A stretch of DNA of 64,000 nucleotides. Origin: Candidatus Latescibacterota bacterium. Lineage in GTDB: Bacteria; Latescibacterota; UBA2968; UBA8231. The DNA lies in NCBI GenBank assembly GCA_965205655.1, contig CBDBIJ010000110.1:46623-110622 (forward strand), written 5' to 3'. Both the position numbers and the translations under genes were made by a program. The notes beneath the pieces were generated by a model. That model was given only the letters and a program-made list of their open reading frames with translations. It was not told the DNA's origin and ran no database searches. Positions 9,401 to 17,986 of this stretch are shown here, piece after piece. Each line of letters starts with the position of its first letter. The first letter of the stretch is position 1.

Positions 9401-12400
9401 GCGGTTCCGTCCGCGGGCTCGGTGCTCACGAGCTGAGGTACGTTGATGCTGAAATTCCAGGATATGGCGTTCGCCGGGCGATTGCCGGCCAGGTCCTCTA
9501 CGGCGGCTGACACTTCGACGCTGTACTGCGTCCCTGGCAGGAGACCCCCGGCCGGAGCCAGGACGACTGTATTGTCATCGGCGCTGTAGAGGGGGGCATC
9601 GGCCAGCGCTACAGGTGAATTTCCCGCGGTGATTTGGAAGTTGTCGGCGACGACAGTCTGCTGATCGATGGGCTCTGAAAAGGTGATCCTGAGCCGTGTC
9701 GTCGAATCTGGCACGCCAACGGCGGCGAACCCGGGCGCGGCTGAGCTGACCGCAGGCAGCTGTGTGTCGACTGAAAACACGCCGGTCGAATCGAATGGCA
9801 CGAGCGTGTTTCCCTTGATGTCCTCCAGACCCCTGACAGAAACTGAAGCCGCTCCCGACGGCATGGATTCTGCAACCGTCAGCTCACCGGTCCATGTGAG
9901 CCCGGTGTAGCGAACTGTCCGGAACTGGAAAGGCTGTCCGTCGATGGTGGCCTCCACCAGAGGTTCCACATCTTTCTCCACTCCCGAATGCTCGTCGAGG
10001 AACTCGAAGGCGACGGTCACCGTCTGATCGATGCCAAAATTGGTGGTGTCGGATTCGCTCTTGCTTTTGTTCAGCGTAAGCCTGTCGATAGTCGGCGGGA
10101 TGACATCGACTATGAAGTGGCTTTCTGCGCTCCAATCGGAACGCGAGTAACCCACGTCCACTGTCTGAACAGACCAGAAGTATGTGCCGCTGACCAGTTC
10201 ACCGACTGAGCGGACCAGATTGTGGCCGGCGTTGCCGGGGCCCAGTGGCAGTTGGCCTGAAATGACCGAGTCCCCTTCCGAGGTCCTACCAAGCCGAAGA
10301 TTGTAGGTGAGGCTCTCCACCGGCGGAGCACCATCGTCCGAGGCGGGAAGCCAGCTCAGGGTCACCTCGTCGCCTGCGTCCTCCGCCCGCAGTCCCGAGG
10401 GGGCGGATGGGGGCACGTTGGAGTTGAGTTGCTGCGCCGTCAGATTGTCATTGACGGCCGTCGAGGTAGTGGTACCCGAGCCGGACGAGAACAGGTCGAG
10501 ATCGCCGTCGCCATCGGCATCCGCCAAGGTAACGGCGCTGAAGTCGACCCCGCGCAGAATGGGAAAAGCGTCGAGCGCGAATGCCGAGTCGGGAGCTGCC
10601 TGACCTATCGTGTTTTCATACACCCTGAAGATCTTCTGCTGCTGGCCGATGTTGCCGACCATGACGAGGTCGAGATCCTGGTCGTTGTCGTAGTCTCCCC
10701 AGGCCAGATCACCCCCCTGGATGCCTGGAAGATCGACGTCGTCTATCTCTGCGTAGGTACCCGTGCCGTCGTTGGCGTAGATGGCTGTCGAAGGGCCGTC
10801 GCTCGCCGTCACGCCTCCGGCGGCGAGATCCAGATCGCCGTCGCGGTCGTAGTCGCCGAAGGCGAGGTCGCTGGATTCCATTCCGGGGAGATCGTTTCCG
10901 GTGTCCGCGAAGCTGACGGAGCCGCTGGCGAGATCGTTGCGATAGACGGTGAAGTCTCGAACTCCGTCGGAGCTTACGCCGGTGACGGCCAGATCGAGAT
11001 CACCGTCGCCATCCACATCGCCGAACACAGATTCGCCATTGTTGAGGCCGGTCAGGTTTACGCCGAGGGTGTCGAAATCGCCCGCGCCATCGTTCGCCCA
11101 GATCTCGGTGAACGAAAGCTGGGCGCCAGCCTCGGTCGCGCCGCTCTGACCCATCAGAACAAAATCCAGGTCGCCGTCGTTATCCACGTCGCCCCAATCG
11201 ACCGAGCTCTCGGACAGGTCGGGTCTGAAGCGGATCGCCACTGCAATCCCGGCGTTGTCGGTGCCGCCACTGGTATCGGTTCGATACAGGAAGTTCGCCC
11301 GGTTGCCGATTGCATCCTCGCCTGTGATGAACAGATCGAGATCGCCGTCGCCATCGTAGTCGCCCCACGCCAGGTCACCTTCCTGAAGGGAGACGATGTC
11401 TGCATCCACAAGCGTCAGCGTGCTACCACGATTGACGTAGAGCAGGCTCTGGGCTTCGCCGCTGCGATTGAGCCCCATGATGGCCAGGTCGATGTCCCCG
11501 TCGTCATCGTAGTCGCCCCAGCTCATGGCCGACTCCTTCAGGTCGCGGATCCGCTGATCCGAGGAGACGAACCGGGTCACGACGAACGGGTCCTCCTGGG
11601 AAAACGCCGACCGGGTGAAGGTTCCGTCTACTGACTGAACGCTCCAGACGTAGGTGTCGGGTGCCAGAGAGCGGCTCAGCACGTAACTCGTTTCGAACCC
11701 GGCATTGCCCTGCCCTACGGACAGCGAGGCTGATACGATGTCTCCCGCGCCAGCCTCGGTGCCGATGCGGATGTTGTAGCTGATTGCATCCGATTCACCG
11801 TCGCTGCCGGGACTCCAGCTGAACAGGGCCCGGGTGCTGGTGACCTCCACGGGATTGAGGCTCGCAGGCGGGTTTGGGGCCGTGTTGATCGTGGTGACGC
11901 CGAGATTGCTGTAGAGAATCGTGCGACTCTCACCCGACTCGTCGACGCCGCTCGTCACCAGATCGACTCGGCCGTCGTCATCGTAGTCAGCCCACAAGGC
12001 GAGCCCGCCGGCAAGGCCCTCCAGATTCTGCTCGATCGACACGCCGGTAACAGACCCGTTTCGATTCTCGAACACGTGGGCTTCATAGTCGGAGACGATC
12101 GTCCGGCCCGACACGGCCAGATCGGGATCGCCGTCGTTGTCGAAGTCGACCCAGTCGAGCTGACCGCCCACGGTCTGGAAGGCGTTCAGCGAGAAATCGG
12201 TGTCGCGATTGAAGGTGCCGGCGGGCCGGTTGCGGTACAGGTACAATTGGAGAGCGCGGTTCCACACCTCGTCGTGGCCGGAGATGGCGAGATCGGGATT
12301 GCCGTCACTGTCGTAGTCGGACCAGGCGAGAGAGCCCCCCTTTACGAGTGAGTCGAAGGGCAGGGATATACCGGAGTCCAGGGTCAGAGTTCCGAGTGGA

Positions 12401-13239
12401 TCGTTGACGTAGAACTCGGTGACCCGCCGGATGCCTCCATCGGCGATGACATTCTCACCGGAAATGGCGAGGTCGGGATCTCCATCGCTATCGTAGTCAG
12501 CCCAGGCGAGGTCCCCGCCATGGACGTTGATGATCGCTTCGCTGTTGAGTTCGTCGAGCCGCAGGGCCCCGTCCTCGTTCCGGTAGACGTGGGTGAGGGA
12601 CGTTCCGATCTCCTCCATTCCCGAAACGACGAGATCGAGGTCGCCGTCGGTATCGTAGTCGACCCAGCTGAGGGCTGCGTACCGCACGCCCTTGAAATTC
12701 GAATTGCCGTCGCCGTCCACCTGGCTAATGTCGAAGGATAGCAATCGATCGGCGCGTTCAGTGCCCTCTTCGTTCAGGTAGAGGCGCATGCTCTCCTCGC
12801 CGTCGTCATCCCAACCGGCGATGGCGAGGTCGAGATCGCCGTCGCTGTCGTAGTCAGCCCAACCCAGATCGCCGAAATAGACCCCTGTCAATCGCTGGCT
12901 CTGGGTCACGTCCTCGGCGAGTAGTGCTCCGTCATTGCGCAGAACCCGGGCGATGCGTTCACACTGGCCGTCGTCGGCGACGACCTCGCCGATGAGTGCC
13001 AGATCCATGTCGCCGTCGCTGTCGTAGTCGCCCCACCCCGCCTGCCCCGCCCAGACGCCGGGCAGCTCGAGTCCCGAGTCCTGCAGGTTCTGAGATTGCG
13101 CTTGAGAGGAGACGATGACGACCGTGAGCAGGCTCACTGCGATCGGCCAGATGCGGGCACGCGAGAGAAGGCGTACGCACCGCGGTGTAGGCAGTCCGCC
13201 CAAACAGTATTGCACCGGGTCGACTCGACTGAAGTTCAT
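6493..13239 (-). CDS. Giant secreted adhesin-like protein: 2x(FG-GAP propeller + FN3), multiple Big_5/SbsA-like Ig repeats, ZU5-like region, C-terminal FlgD-Ig/T9SS-type domain
   Basis: Two blocks of W.DYD.DGD.DL repeats, each followed by N.PP.APxxL...W...YN.R.G...Y.WSVQ.VD. Repeated P.V.S..P..G...I.FS.P.D...Y.V.V...W.F.T units. C-terminus PRAFSP...VTVRVYNASGRL...WNGRDEDG..VASGLYIV. Exact start uncertain (13239 or up to 13293). Confidence 0.88.
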   Translation of the reverse strand: MNFSRVDPVQYCLGGLPTPRCVRLLSRARIWPIAVSLLTVVIVSSQAQSQNLQDSGLELPGVWAGQAGWGDYDSDGDMDLALIGEVVADDGQCERIARVLRNDGALLAEDVTQSQRLTGVYFGDLGWADYDSDGDLDLAIAGWDDDGEESMRLYLNEEGTERADRLLSFDISQVDGDGNSNFKGVRYAALSWVDYDTDGDLDLVVSGMEEIGTSLTHVYRNEDGALRLDELNSEAIINVHGGDLAWADYDSDGDPDLAISGENVIADGGIRRVTEFYVNDPLGTLTLDSGISLPFDSLVKGGSLAWSDYDSDGNPDLAISGHDEVWNRALQLYLYRNRPAGTFNRDTDFSLNAFQTVGGQLDWVDFDNDGDPDLAVSGRTIVSDYEAHVFENRNGSVTGVSIEQNLEGLAGGLALWADYDDDGRVDLVTSGVDESGESRTILYSNLGVTTINTAPNPPASLNPVEVTSTRALFSWSPGSDGESDAISYNIRIGTEAGAGDIVSASLSVGQGNAGFETSYVLSRSLAPDTYVWSVQSVDGTFTRSAFSQEDPFVVTRFVSSDQRIRDLKESAMSWGDYDDDGDIDLAIMGLNRSGEAQSLLYVNRGSTLTLVDADIVSLQEGDLAWGDYDGDGDLDLFITGEDAIGNRANFLYRTDTSGGTDNAGIAVAIRFRPDLSESSVDWGDVDNDGDLDFVLMGQSGATEAGAQLSFTEIWANDGAGDFDTLGVNLTGLNNGESVFGDVDGDGDLDLAVTGVSSDGVRDFTVYRNDLASGSVSFADTGNDLPGMESSDLAFGDYDRDGDLDLAAGGVTASDGPSTAIYANDGTGTYAEIDDVDLPGIQGGDLAWGDYDNDQDLDLVMVGNIGQQQKIFRVYENTIGQAAPDSAFALDAFPILRGVDFSAVTLADADGDGDLDLFSSGSGTTTSTAVNDNLTAQQLNSNVPPSAPSGLRAEDAGDEVTLSWLPASDDGAPPVESLTYNLRLGRTSEGDSVISGQLPLGPGNAGHNLVRSVGELVSGTYFWSVQTVDVGYSRSDWSAESHFIVDVIPPTIDRLTLNKSKSESDTTNFGIDQTVTVAFEFLDEHSGVEKDVEPLVEATIDGQPFQFRTVRYTGLTWTGELTVAESMPSGAASVSVRGLEDIKGNTLVPFDSTGVFSVDTQLPAVSSAAPGFAAVGVPDSTTRLRITFSEPIDQQTVVADNFQITAGNSPVALADAPLYSADDNTVVLAPAGGLLPGTQYSVEVSAAVEDLAGNRPANAISWNFSINVPQLVSTEPADGTASVAIDDGRIIATFDGGLIESLLEEADAVQVRREGDSVVVADALFVGTSNTLSIDLGEALKPGSRYDVTISGSLAGPLRLVAEGDFTWSFSTAVPRVTARTPDDGDAAVSAADPSISIGFDGLLDEEAVSGSVTLLKQGRAIDATEEEYNPTTGVLSFQPAEGLRPGAQYQVVVSGVVGGPLRQAVGDYSWSFSTAVPSRVSVLPTEGADDVTIGLEEAVIEFSVPLDEDQLSAGNFSLARGGVPLELRADDPTDRGEGRYGFAPATGWQVGSGYVVQINSSVSGPLGAGQPISWSFQTAIPDTVSVAPAAADSAVSALEGTIAAVFDTDIDDEELAEHVRLLGEGQSVQITAPVFDGEAGTLSFGPAAGRLRGGTSYQVVITRSVAGPRATDDFRWGFATRVAEVVSTEPESGSEVTAGPRRVRLSFSDPLDEDLINSQNVTVTRGGAALSLPEDEFLYDQEQFIISLPQIDLIPGSAYDVVVSARLGGPRASTDTRLGFATLVPSVVSTSPTDGTSIAAGARRVEIVFSAALQRDLVNSQNIRLSRGGDPIALEDGEFIYVDETFTASLPEVDFVSGSSYEVVVSSRLGGALANRPDDQFTFLTDLPTLVEANPPFGAEGVSVTSPPVRIVFSGPVATADQSGFQLRARRIVDLQEDPDAPFELTPITGFGFEDPAQTIVNFAPQGGFRPFTEYEFVIDRSVLGERAETGFDGTFQTAGELPDAAAGGTVTNAEGSVELYFPPNALPSDIGKVEVIIRPAADQPAGKTVSSAAAPSQGEDPVPVGSAWEMNIGESALRKPVTMTFRYDLGDLGEHNPSELGIFELTEGQWLRVGGTSEPALKQVATSVKELKLSTFGLFVDTQAAVGTAKIRDLDCQPRAFSPAGGLRAITDVSFDLSSPADVTVRVYNASGRLERVIKRDQPYGQGRLTIPWNGRDEDGGVVASGLYIVVVTASGEQAEKVVAVVR

Positions 13240-13368
13240 GTGAAATGAGGGGAAAACAGCCGCGCGATTCGCGCGGCCGCTCCAAGATAGCAAACGCCCG
13301 GATGCGCGCCAATCAAAATCGCCGCACCGAGCGGATGCCGGCCGTTCCAGATAGTAGATAGATAGTGG

Positions 13369-13947
13369 CTACAGAAGCTCGACGTCCTGCATGTCGACCT
13401 GCAAGGCGACCGCTGTGCCGAGCACGGAGACATTCAATACCAGACGAAAGGAGTCCTTACGCCGGGAGATTTTTCCCTGCACGCCGACGAGAGGCCCCCG
13501 AATGACGCGCACCTTGCGACCCCGCTTCAGCTCGGGATAGAGGGTCAGCCCAGCTCCCCTGCGGCTCGCCACGTAGATGCTGGACAGCTCCTCGAGGAGC
13601 TGCTTCTGATCGACGACCTCGATCCACTGCACGAAGTAGCCGCTGCGCATGAGATCGAGTCGCTGGGACGAATCGCAGCTTCCGAATATGTACCCGGGGA
13701 AGAGCGGCACCTCGAAGCTGTAGCGCCGTTGCCCTTTGCGTTTTCGAGGTGTGCTCAATCGTAGCGGCAGGTAGTGGCGCAGCGATAAGTCCTGCCAGAC
13801 GCCCGCCGCCTTCTTCTCGCATCGAGGCCGGGTGTGGAAAGCGTACCACGCGCGCTCGGACTCGGTTGCGAAAAGACGGGAGGCCTCATCCTCGGGCGCC
13901 TCCTCGGTTGCGCAATCGACAGCTGTAGCGCGATTCGTTTCCGTCAT
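13369..13947 (-). CDS. NusG-paralog transcription antiterminator (RfaH/UpxY/TaA-like)
   Basis: NGN domain WYAFHTRPRCEKK...YLPL...PLFPGYIF and KOW domain G.KVRVIRGPL.GVQG. First gene of the surface-protein operon. Confidence 0.9.
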   Translation of the reverse strand: MTETNRATAVDCATEEAPEDEASRLFATESERAWYAFHTRPRCEKKAAGVWQDLSLRHYLPLRLSTPRKRKGQRRYSFEVPLFPGYIFGSCDSSQRLDLMRSGYFVQWIEVVDQKQLLEELSSIYVASRRGAGLTLYPELKRGRKVRVIRGPLVGVQGKISRRKDSFRLVLNVSVLGTAVALQVDMQDVELL

Positions 13948-14040
13948 CAAGGCTCTTACGCAACGTCTGGCCGGCGACTAAGAGAATGGCCTCCCATGGC
14001 ACCATTGAGGCTCCACAGAAGACCACTCGATCCGAATAAC

Positions 14041-14118
14041 TGGGGTGAGTGACGGGAATCGAACCCGCGGCCTCCAGGGCCACAACCTGGCGCTCTAACC
14101 GACTGAGCTACACCCACC
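14041..14118 (-). tRNA. tRNA-His(GTG)
   Basis: Cloverleaf GGTGGGTGTAGCTCAGTCGG...TTGTGGC...GGTTCGATTCCC...CCCA with G-1 and encoded CCA. Confidence 0.97.
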
Positions 14119-14205
14119 ACAAGGCTGCTCGGCGGAAGCATTTCACATCAAAACCGGACCACCGTCCAAGCAGTCGAAGACCGTTCTCTCAACACTCTTT
14201 GTGAC

Positions 14206-14282
14206 TGGCGTGCCCAGCAGGACTCGAACCTGCGACATTCTGCTTAGAAGGCAGATGCTCTATCCAGCTGAGCTATGGGCAC
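14206..14282 (-). tRNA. tRNA-Arg(TCT)
   Basis: GTGCCCATAGCTCAGCTGGATAGAGC, anticodon loop CTTCTAA, GGTTCGAGTCC, CCA end. Confidence 0.97.
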
Positions 14283-14551
14283 TTCTCTAACATACAGCGG
14301 GACCTGAAGTTACGGCCCGATTCTACTAAGAAACGGTACACCCCTGTCGAATGCAAGAGGAGTGGGAGTGGCTGATCTGCAGCGAATGGTTTGGTGATCG
14401 AAAGCGGTGACAGACGATTCCCAGGGGAGCGCTACTCCGAGCCGCGCGCAGACCTTCCTGGTCTCATTCTGCTCCATCTTGGCGTAGCCGTTCTTCCCGA
14501 ACCAGGACATGCTCATCGGGAGGCGGATTCATTTGAGCTGCGGGATATAGC

Positions 14552-14629
14552 TGGTCGGGGTGGTCGGATTCGAACCGACGACCCCCTGCTCCCAAAGCAG
14601 GTGCGCTAACCGGACTGCGCTACACCCCG
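14552..14629 (-). tRNA. tRNA-Pro(TGG)
   Basis: CGGGGTGTAGCGCAG..., anticodon loop TTTGGGA, GGTTCGAATCC, CCA end. Confidence 0.97.
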
Positions 14630-14688
14630 ACGGAAATATGAAAGTACGGACGGTGGATGAGGCCGGCAACGCGGTGCGGCGATGCGAA

Positions 14689-15528
14689 TCAGCCTGCGGG
14701 CGCGGGCTGGTGGCGAGCTGCTTCGATCTCGTCGCGCAACGACTCTGCGGCGCGACGGGCGGCATCCTGGAAATCACTTCCATCGGAGGCGTAGATGACC
14801 GAGCGCGAGGCGTTGATAATGATGCCGCCGCTATCCGGAGTGTCACCGTAGAGAACGGCGCTTTCCACATCGCCGCCCTGGGCGCCGACGCCGGGAATCA
14901 AGAAGGGAAGCTCCGGCGCCAGGGCTCGCAGGTTTTGCAGCGACTCTGATTTGGTAGCGCCCACCACCAGTCCGACGTTTCCATGCTCGTCCCAGTCGGC
15001 TGCCTTTTCAGCGACGCGCTCGTAGAGCGGGCGTCCGTCAACATTCAGGGTTTCGAGATCTTCGGACCCCGGGTTGGATGTCAGACAGAGAAGAAACACG
15101 CCCCGGTCCGCATACGAGAGGAAGGGCGCCACCGCGTCACGGCCCATATACGGATTTACCGTGAGCGCTCCGGCTCCGAGCTCGTCGAACATCATGCGGG
15201 CGTAGCGCTCGGCGGTGTTGCCGATGTCGCCTACCTTGGCGTCGACGATAGCTGGGATGTGATTGGGAACATGCTCCAGAGTCGATGCCAGGGTCGACCA
15301 GCCGCTTTCGCCCAGGGCCCCGTAGAAGGCGAAGTTCGGTTTGTAGGCACACACGAGATCGGCGGTGGCATCGATGATCGCACGGTTGAATTCGAGCACG
15401 TCGAGTCGTCGGCCGCGGCCGTTGCGGGGCAGTTTCCCGGGATCGGGGTCCAGCCCCACACAAAGGAGGGAGTTATTGGCGCCGGAGGCAGCGGAGAGTT
15501 TCTCTCTGAATCCGGGTTTCGTCTCCAC
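14689..15528 (-). CDS. pyrF: Orotidine-5'-phosphate decarboxylase (long subfamily)
   Basis: LLCVGLDP, AYKPNFAFY, DAKVGDIGNT, TVNPYMG, LTSNPG, GLVVGAT, LIPGVGAQGG, INASRS. GTG start at 15528 chosen; the ORF extends to 15561. Confidence 0.95.
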   Translation of the reverse strand: METKPGFREKLSAASGANNSLLCVGLDPDPGKLPRNGRGRRLDVLEFNRAIIDATADLVCAYKPNFAFYGALGESGWSTLASTLEHVPNHIPAIVDAKVGDIGNTAERYARMMFDELGAGALTVNPYMGRDAVAPFLSYADRGVFLLCLTSNPGSEDLETLNVDGRPLYERVAEKAADWDEHGNVGLVVGATKSESLQNLRALAPELPFLIPGVGAQGGDVESAVLYGDTPDSGGIIINASRSVIYASDGSDFQDAARRAAESLRDEIEAARHQPAPAG

Positions 15529-15529
15529 C

Positions 15530-16582
15530 TCAGAAACCGCCCTCTCCCATCTCCGGCTCAACGGGCTCGGTTTCCTCGAGCAGCTCGTCGATAAAACCGT
15601 CGTCTATAGGCTCTTCGTCGAGGTAGTCCCTTGCCGTTGAGTCGACGAATACCGATTCGTATCCACTCGTTTCGACAGATGGAGGCTCTGGGCCGAGGAT
15701 GAAGATCACGCGGCACTGCGTCAGGAAATCTCCTTCCATGTCCGCCATCCTCGCCCTGACACCGCTGTCCCTGCTGATCACGACATCGCTGTTGTAGAGT
15801 CCGGAGAGGGCGACGGCTTCGACGACGAAGGGATTGGCCTCGGTGCCGCCGATGCGGTCGCTCGATGCGGCGCGGGCGATATCCTTGTCGTAGCCGACTA
15901 TTCCCAAGCGCACGGCGTAATCTCTGTCTACGTGGTCGGCGCTGTAGATAACCCGGTCGTCGGTATCGATGATCCGCGGCGACATACTTGGTGTGAGATC
16001 CGTTCCTCGCGCATCGACGATCAGTCCCGTGTACGGTTCGGGTGGTACGAAGACGAGAAGCGAATCCGATTCCGTCAGCTCGAGCGACGGCAGATCTCGC
16101 GCCGGCGATTCGGCCGATGTTGAGTCTGGCAGCGGCAACACGGCGTCGGCCATCTCGCCGAGCAGATCCAGCTTCAGGGCGATACGGAAGAGTTCGCCCT
16201 CCTGCTCTCGACTGCCCGTGAGAACTCGAGCACCTTTGACGATGCCTTCGACTCTGGCGCGGATCGAGTCGTCGCTGACCATCGCCATGCTCACCGTGGT
16301 CTGACCATCAATCTGGACCTCCCCGATGATCTCGAGGAGATTGCGGTAGGCGACGAGCTTGGCAGCGCGAAAGCCCATCAGCCTGGCACGCACCGGATTG
16401 GCTTCGGCGGGAGCTGCTCCCTCGCCGTAGACGACGAGGCTGCTTTCAGTCCAGTCGAGGCTGCCCTCGATGCGACTCCTCTCAGAGGACTCGACTTCGA
16501 TCGTCTCAACGACGTCCTGGCCGTCGACGGCATTCGCTGCAGGCGTCAGCGTGGCCAGGACGAGGAGGAAGGCAAGTAGCAA
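15530..16582 (-). CDS. Exported protein, LPP20-like family, with acidic C-terminal tail
   Basis: G.LDW....V.GEG.AP...ARLMGFRAAKLVAYRNLLEII.EVQID..TTV and YTGLIVDARG....PSMSPRI. TTG start after AAGGA chosen because the longer ORF overlaps rnpB. Confidence 0.65.
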   Translation of the reverse strand: MLLAFLLVLATLTPAANAVDGQDVVETIEVESSERSRIEGSLDWTESSLVVYGEGAAPAEANPVRARLMGFRAAKLVAYRNLLEIIGEVQIDGQTTVSMAMVSDDSIRARVEGIVKGARVLTGSREQEGELFRIALKLDLLGEMADAVLPLPDSTSAESPARDLPSLELTESDSLLVFVPPEPYTGLIVDARGTDLTPSMSPRIIDTDDRVIYSADHVDRDYAVRLGIVGYDKDIARAASSDRIGGTEANPFVVEAVALSGLYNSDVVISRDSGVRARMADMEGDFLTQCRVIFILGPEPPSVETSGYESVFVDSTARDYLDEEPIDDGFIDELLEETEPVEPEMGEGGF

Positions 16583-16610
16583 GAGGGAATCCTTGGGGGA
16601 AAATGGGACA

Positions 16611-17002
16611 GCGGAGTGGCTCTGTAAGCCGAGTTCTGTCCGCGCCAGGCGCGGGGCGATCATTCATCTGGGGTCGCGGTTGCCCGCGGCCTCCGTGCGG
16701 CCTACCCGGGAGTCGACGAGGCGGACCACCTCTCCTCCCCTATTTGGCCTTGCTCCGGATGAGGTTTGCCTTGCCGTCGCCGTCGCCGGCGACGCGGTGA
16801 GCTCTTACCTCACCCTTTCACCCTTACCGCCCGGCTGACGCCGAAGCGGCGGTTTGCTTTCTGCTGCACTTTCTGTGGGGTCGCCCCCCCTGGGCGTTAC
16901 CCAGCATCCTGTCCTGTGGAGCTCGGACTTTCCTCACCCCGACCTGGCGGGCGTCCCGAAGGTTCCCGCCGGCCGGCAGCGCGATCGCCCGAGCCACTCC
17001 GC
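16611..17002 (-). ncRNA. rnpB: RNase P RNA (bacterial type A)
   Basis: Conserved GAGGAAAGTCCGAGC, GAAAGTGCAGCAGAAA and ACAGAACTCGGCTTA. Terminal P1 helix GGAGTGGCTC/GAGCCACTCC. Confidence 0.96.
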
Positions 17003-17065
17003 CGTCAACATCGATCGATCGTGTCTGCATGGTCCAGTTGTAAGGACCGCGAGCGGCCTCGACCG

Positions 17066-17776
17066 CTACGAGGACTCCTCGTCCCAGACCAGGATTGCCC
17101 CACAGCTCTCACAATTCAGGACCTGATCGTTGCGGCGGGCATTGCTTTTCTGCTGCGCCGGGAGCTGTCGATAACAGACGCCGCAGGAAGCCTTCCTCAC
17201 CGCGGCGACGCGTAGTCCTCGAAAGCTGCGGCTGCGCTGGTAGATACCGATCAGATTCTGATCGATGCCCCGCATGGCTTGATCACGGCGCGAATTGACG
17301 CCGTCGACCTGTCCTTGTATCGAGTCGAGCTTGGACTGCAGTTCGTCGATGACCGATTGCTGAGCTTCCCGAATCTCCTCGAGGTCCTGCCCCTCGATTT
17401 CCGTCTGCTCCTGCGTGGCCTCTGCGGATTCGATGATTTCGAGAATCTCAGTCTCGCATTCGGACATCTTGTTCTTACAGGACTCTATCTCGAGCTGAAG
17501 GGCGTCGTACTCCTTGTTGGTCGTGACTTCCGCGAAGCGTGCCTCGTGCTTCTTGAGATCCTCCTTGGCGCTATCGAGCTGTCTCTCGAAGTGTCGCTGC
17601 TGCTTCTCCAGCTCTTCGGTCCTGTCGGTCAACTCCTTGAGCCTCAGCTCAGCCTGATCTATCTCGCTCCGCCGCTGGGAGATCTCCTCTGGGTATTGAC
17701 TCTTCGCTTCTTCTAGCGCCTGCAATTCCCGATCCACCTCTTGTACTCTCAACAACTGCAGTAGATCGTCCTTCAT
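17066..17776 (-). CDS. Coiled-coil C4-type zinc-ribbon protein (DUF164/CT398-like)
   Basis: L..LQEVD start, V.TNKEYDALQ.EI, long coiled coil, C-terminal CGVC...CESCGAIL. Confidence 0.9.
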   Translation of the reverse strand: MKDDLLQLLRVQEVDRELQALEEAKSQYPEEISQRRSEIDQAELRLKELTDRTEELEKQQRHFERQLDSAKEDLKKHEARFAEVTTNKEYDALQLEIESCKNKMSECETEILEIIESAEATQEQTEIEGQDLEEIREAQQSVIDELQSKLDSIQGQVDGVNSRRDQAMRGIDQNLIGIYQRSRSFRGLRVAAVRKASCGVCYRQLPAQQKSNARRNDQVLNCESCGAILVWDEESS

Positions 17777-17986
17777 ATGTAGCACCGCCTCACTTGGGGC
17801 AAACTCGACATCCGCCACCAGCTCCCTTCGCGGGCTTGGCGTGGTGTACGGATACGAAAAAGTGCACCCCGCGGGTGCACCTCTCTTCAGCGAATCGTTT
17901 GTCTCGGTCACTCATAATGAGATTAAGAAAACTACTGCGTTTGCTGTGTCGGTCAACCCTTGCGAGCCGAGGTATCGTCCAGTTGC

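Noticed and set aside
5030..13100. Recurrent gtcgttgtcgtagtcgcccc-type repeats as a CRISPR array or DGR
   Set aside because: They are degenerate, codon-phased FG-GAP coding repeats with irregular spacing. No cas or reverse transcriptase gene is present.
14310..14516. 68-aa ORF between tRNA-Pro and tRNA-Arg
   Set aside because: No SD and no recognisable motif. It is likely spacer or promoter DNA.
16583..17215. ORFs 16603-16800, 16766-17215, 16824-17030 and the 5' extension of 15530-16663
   Set aside because: They overlap the RNase P RNA gene and have no protein-like features.
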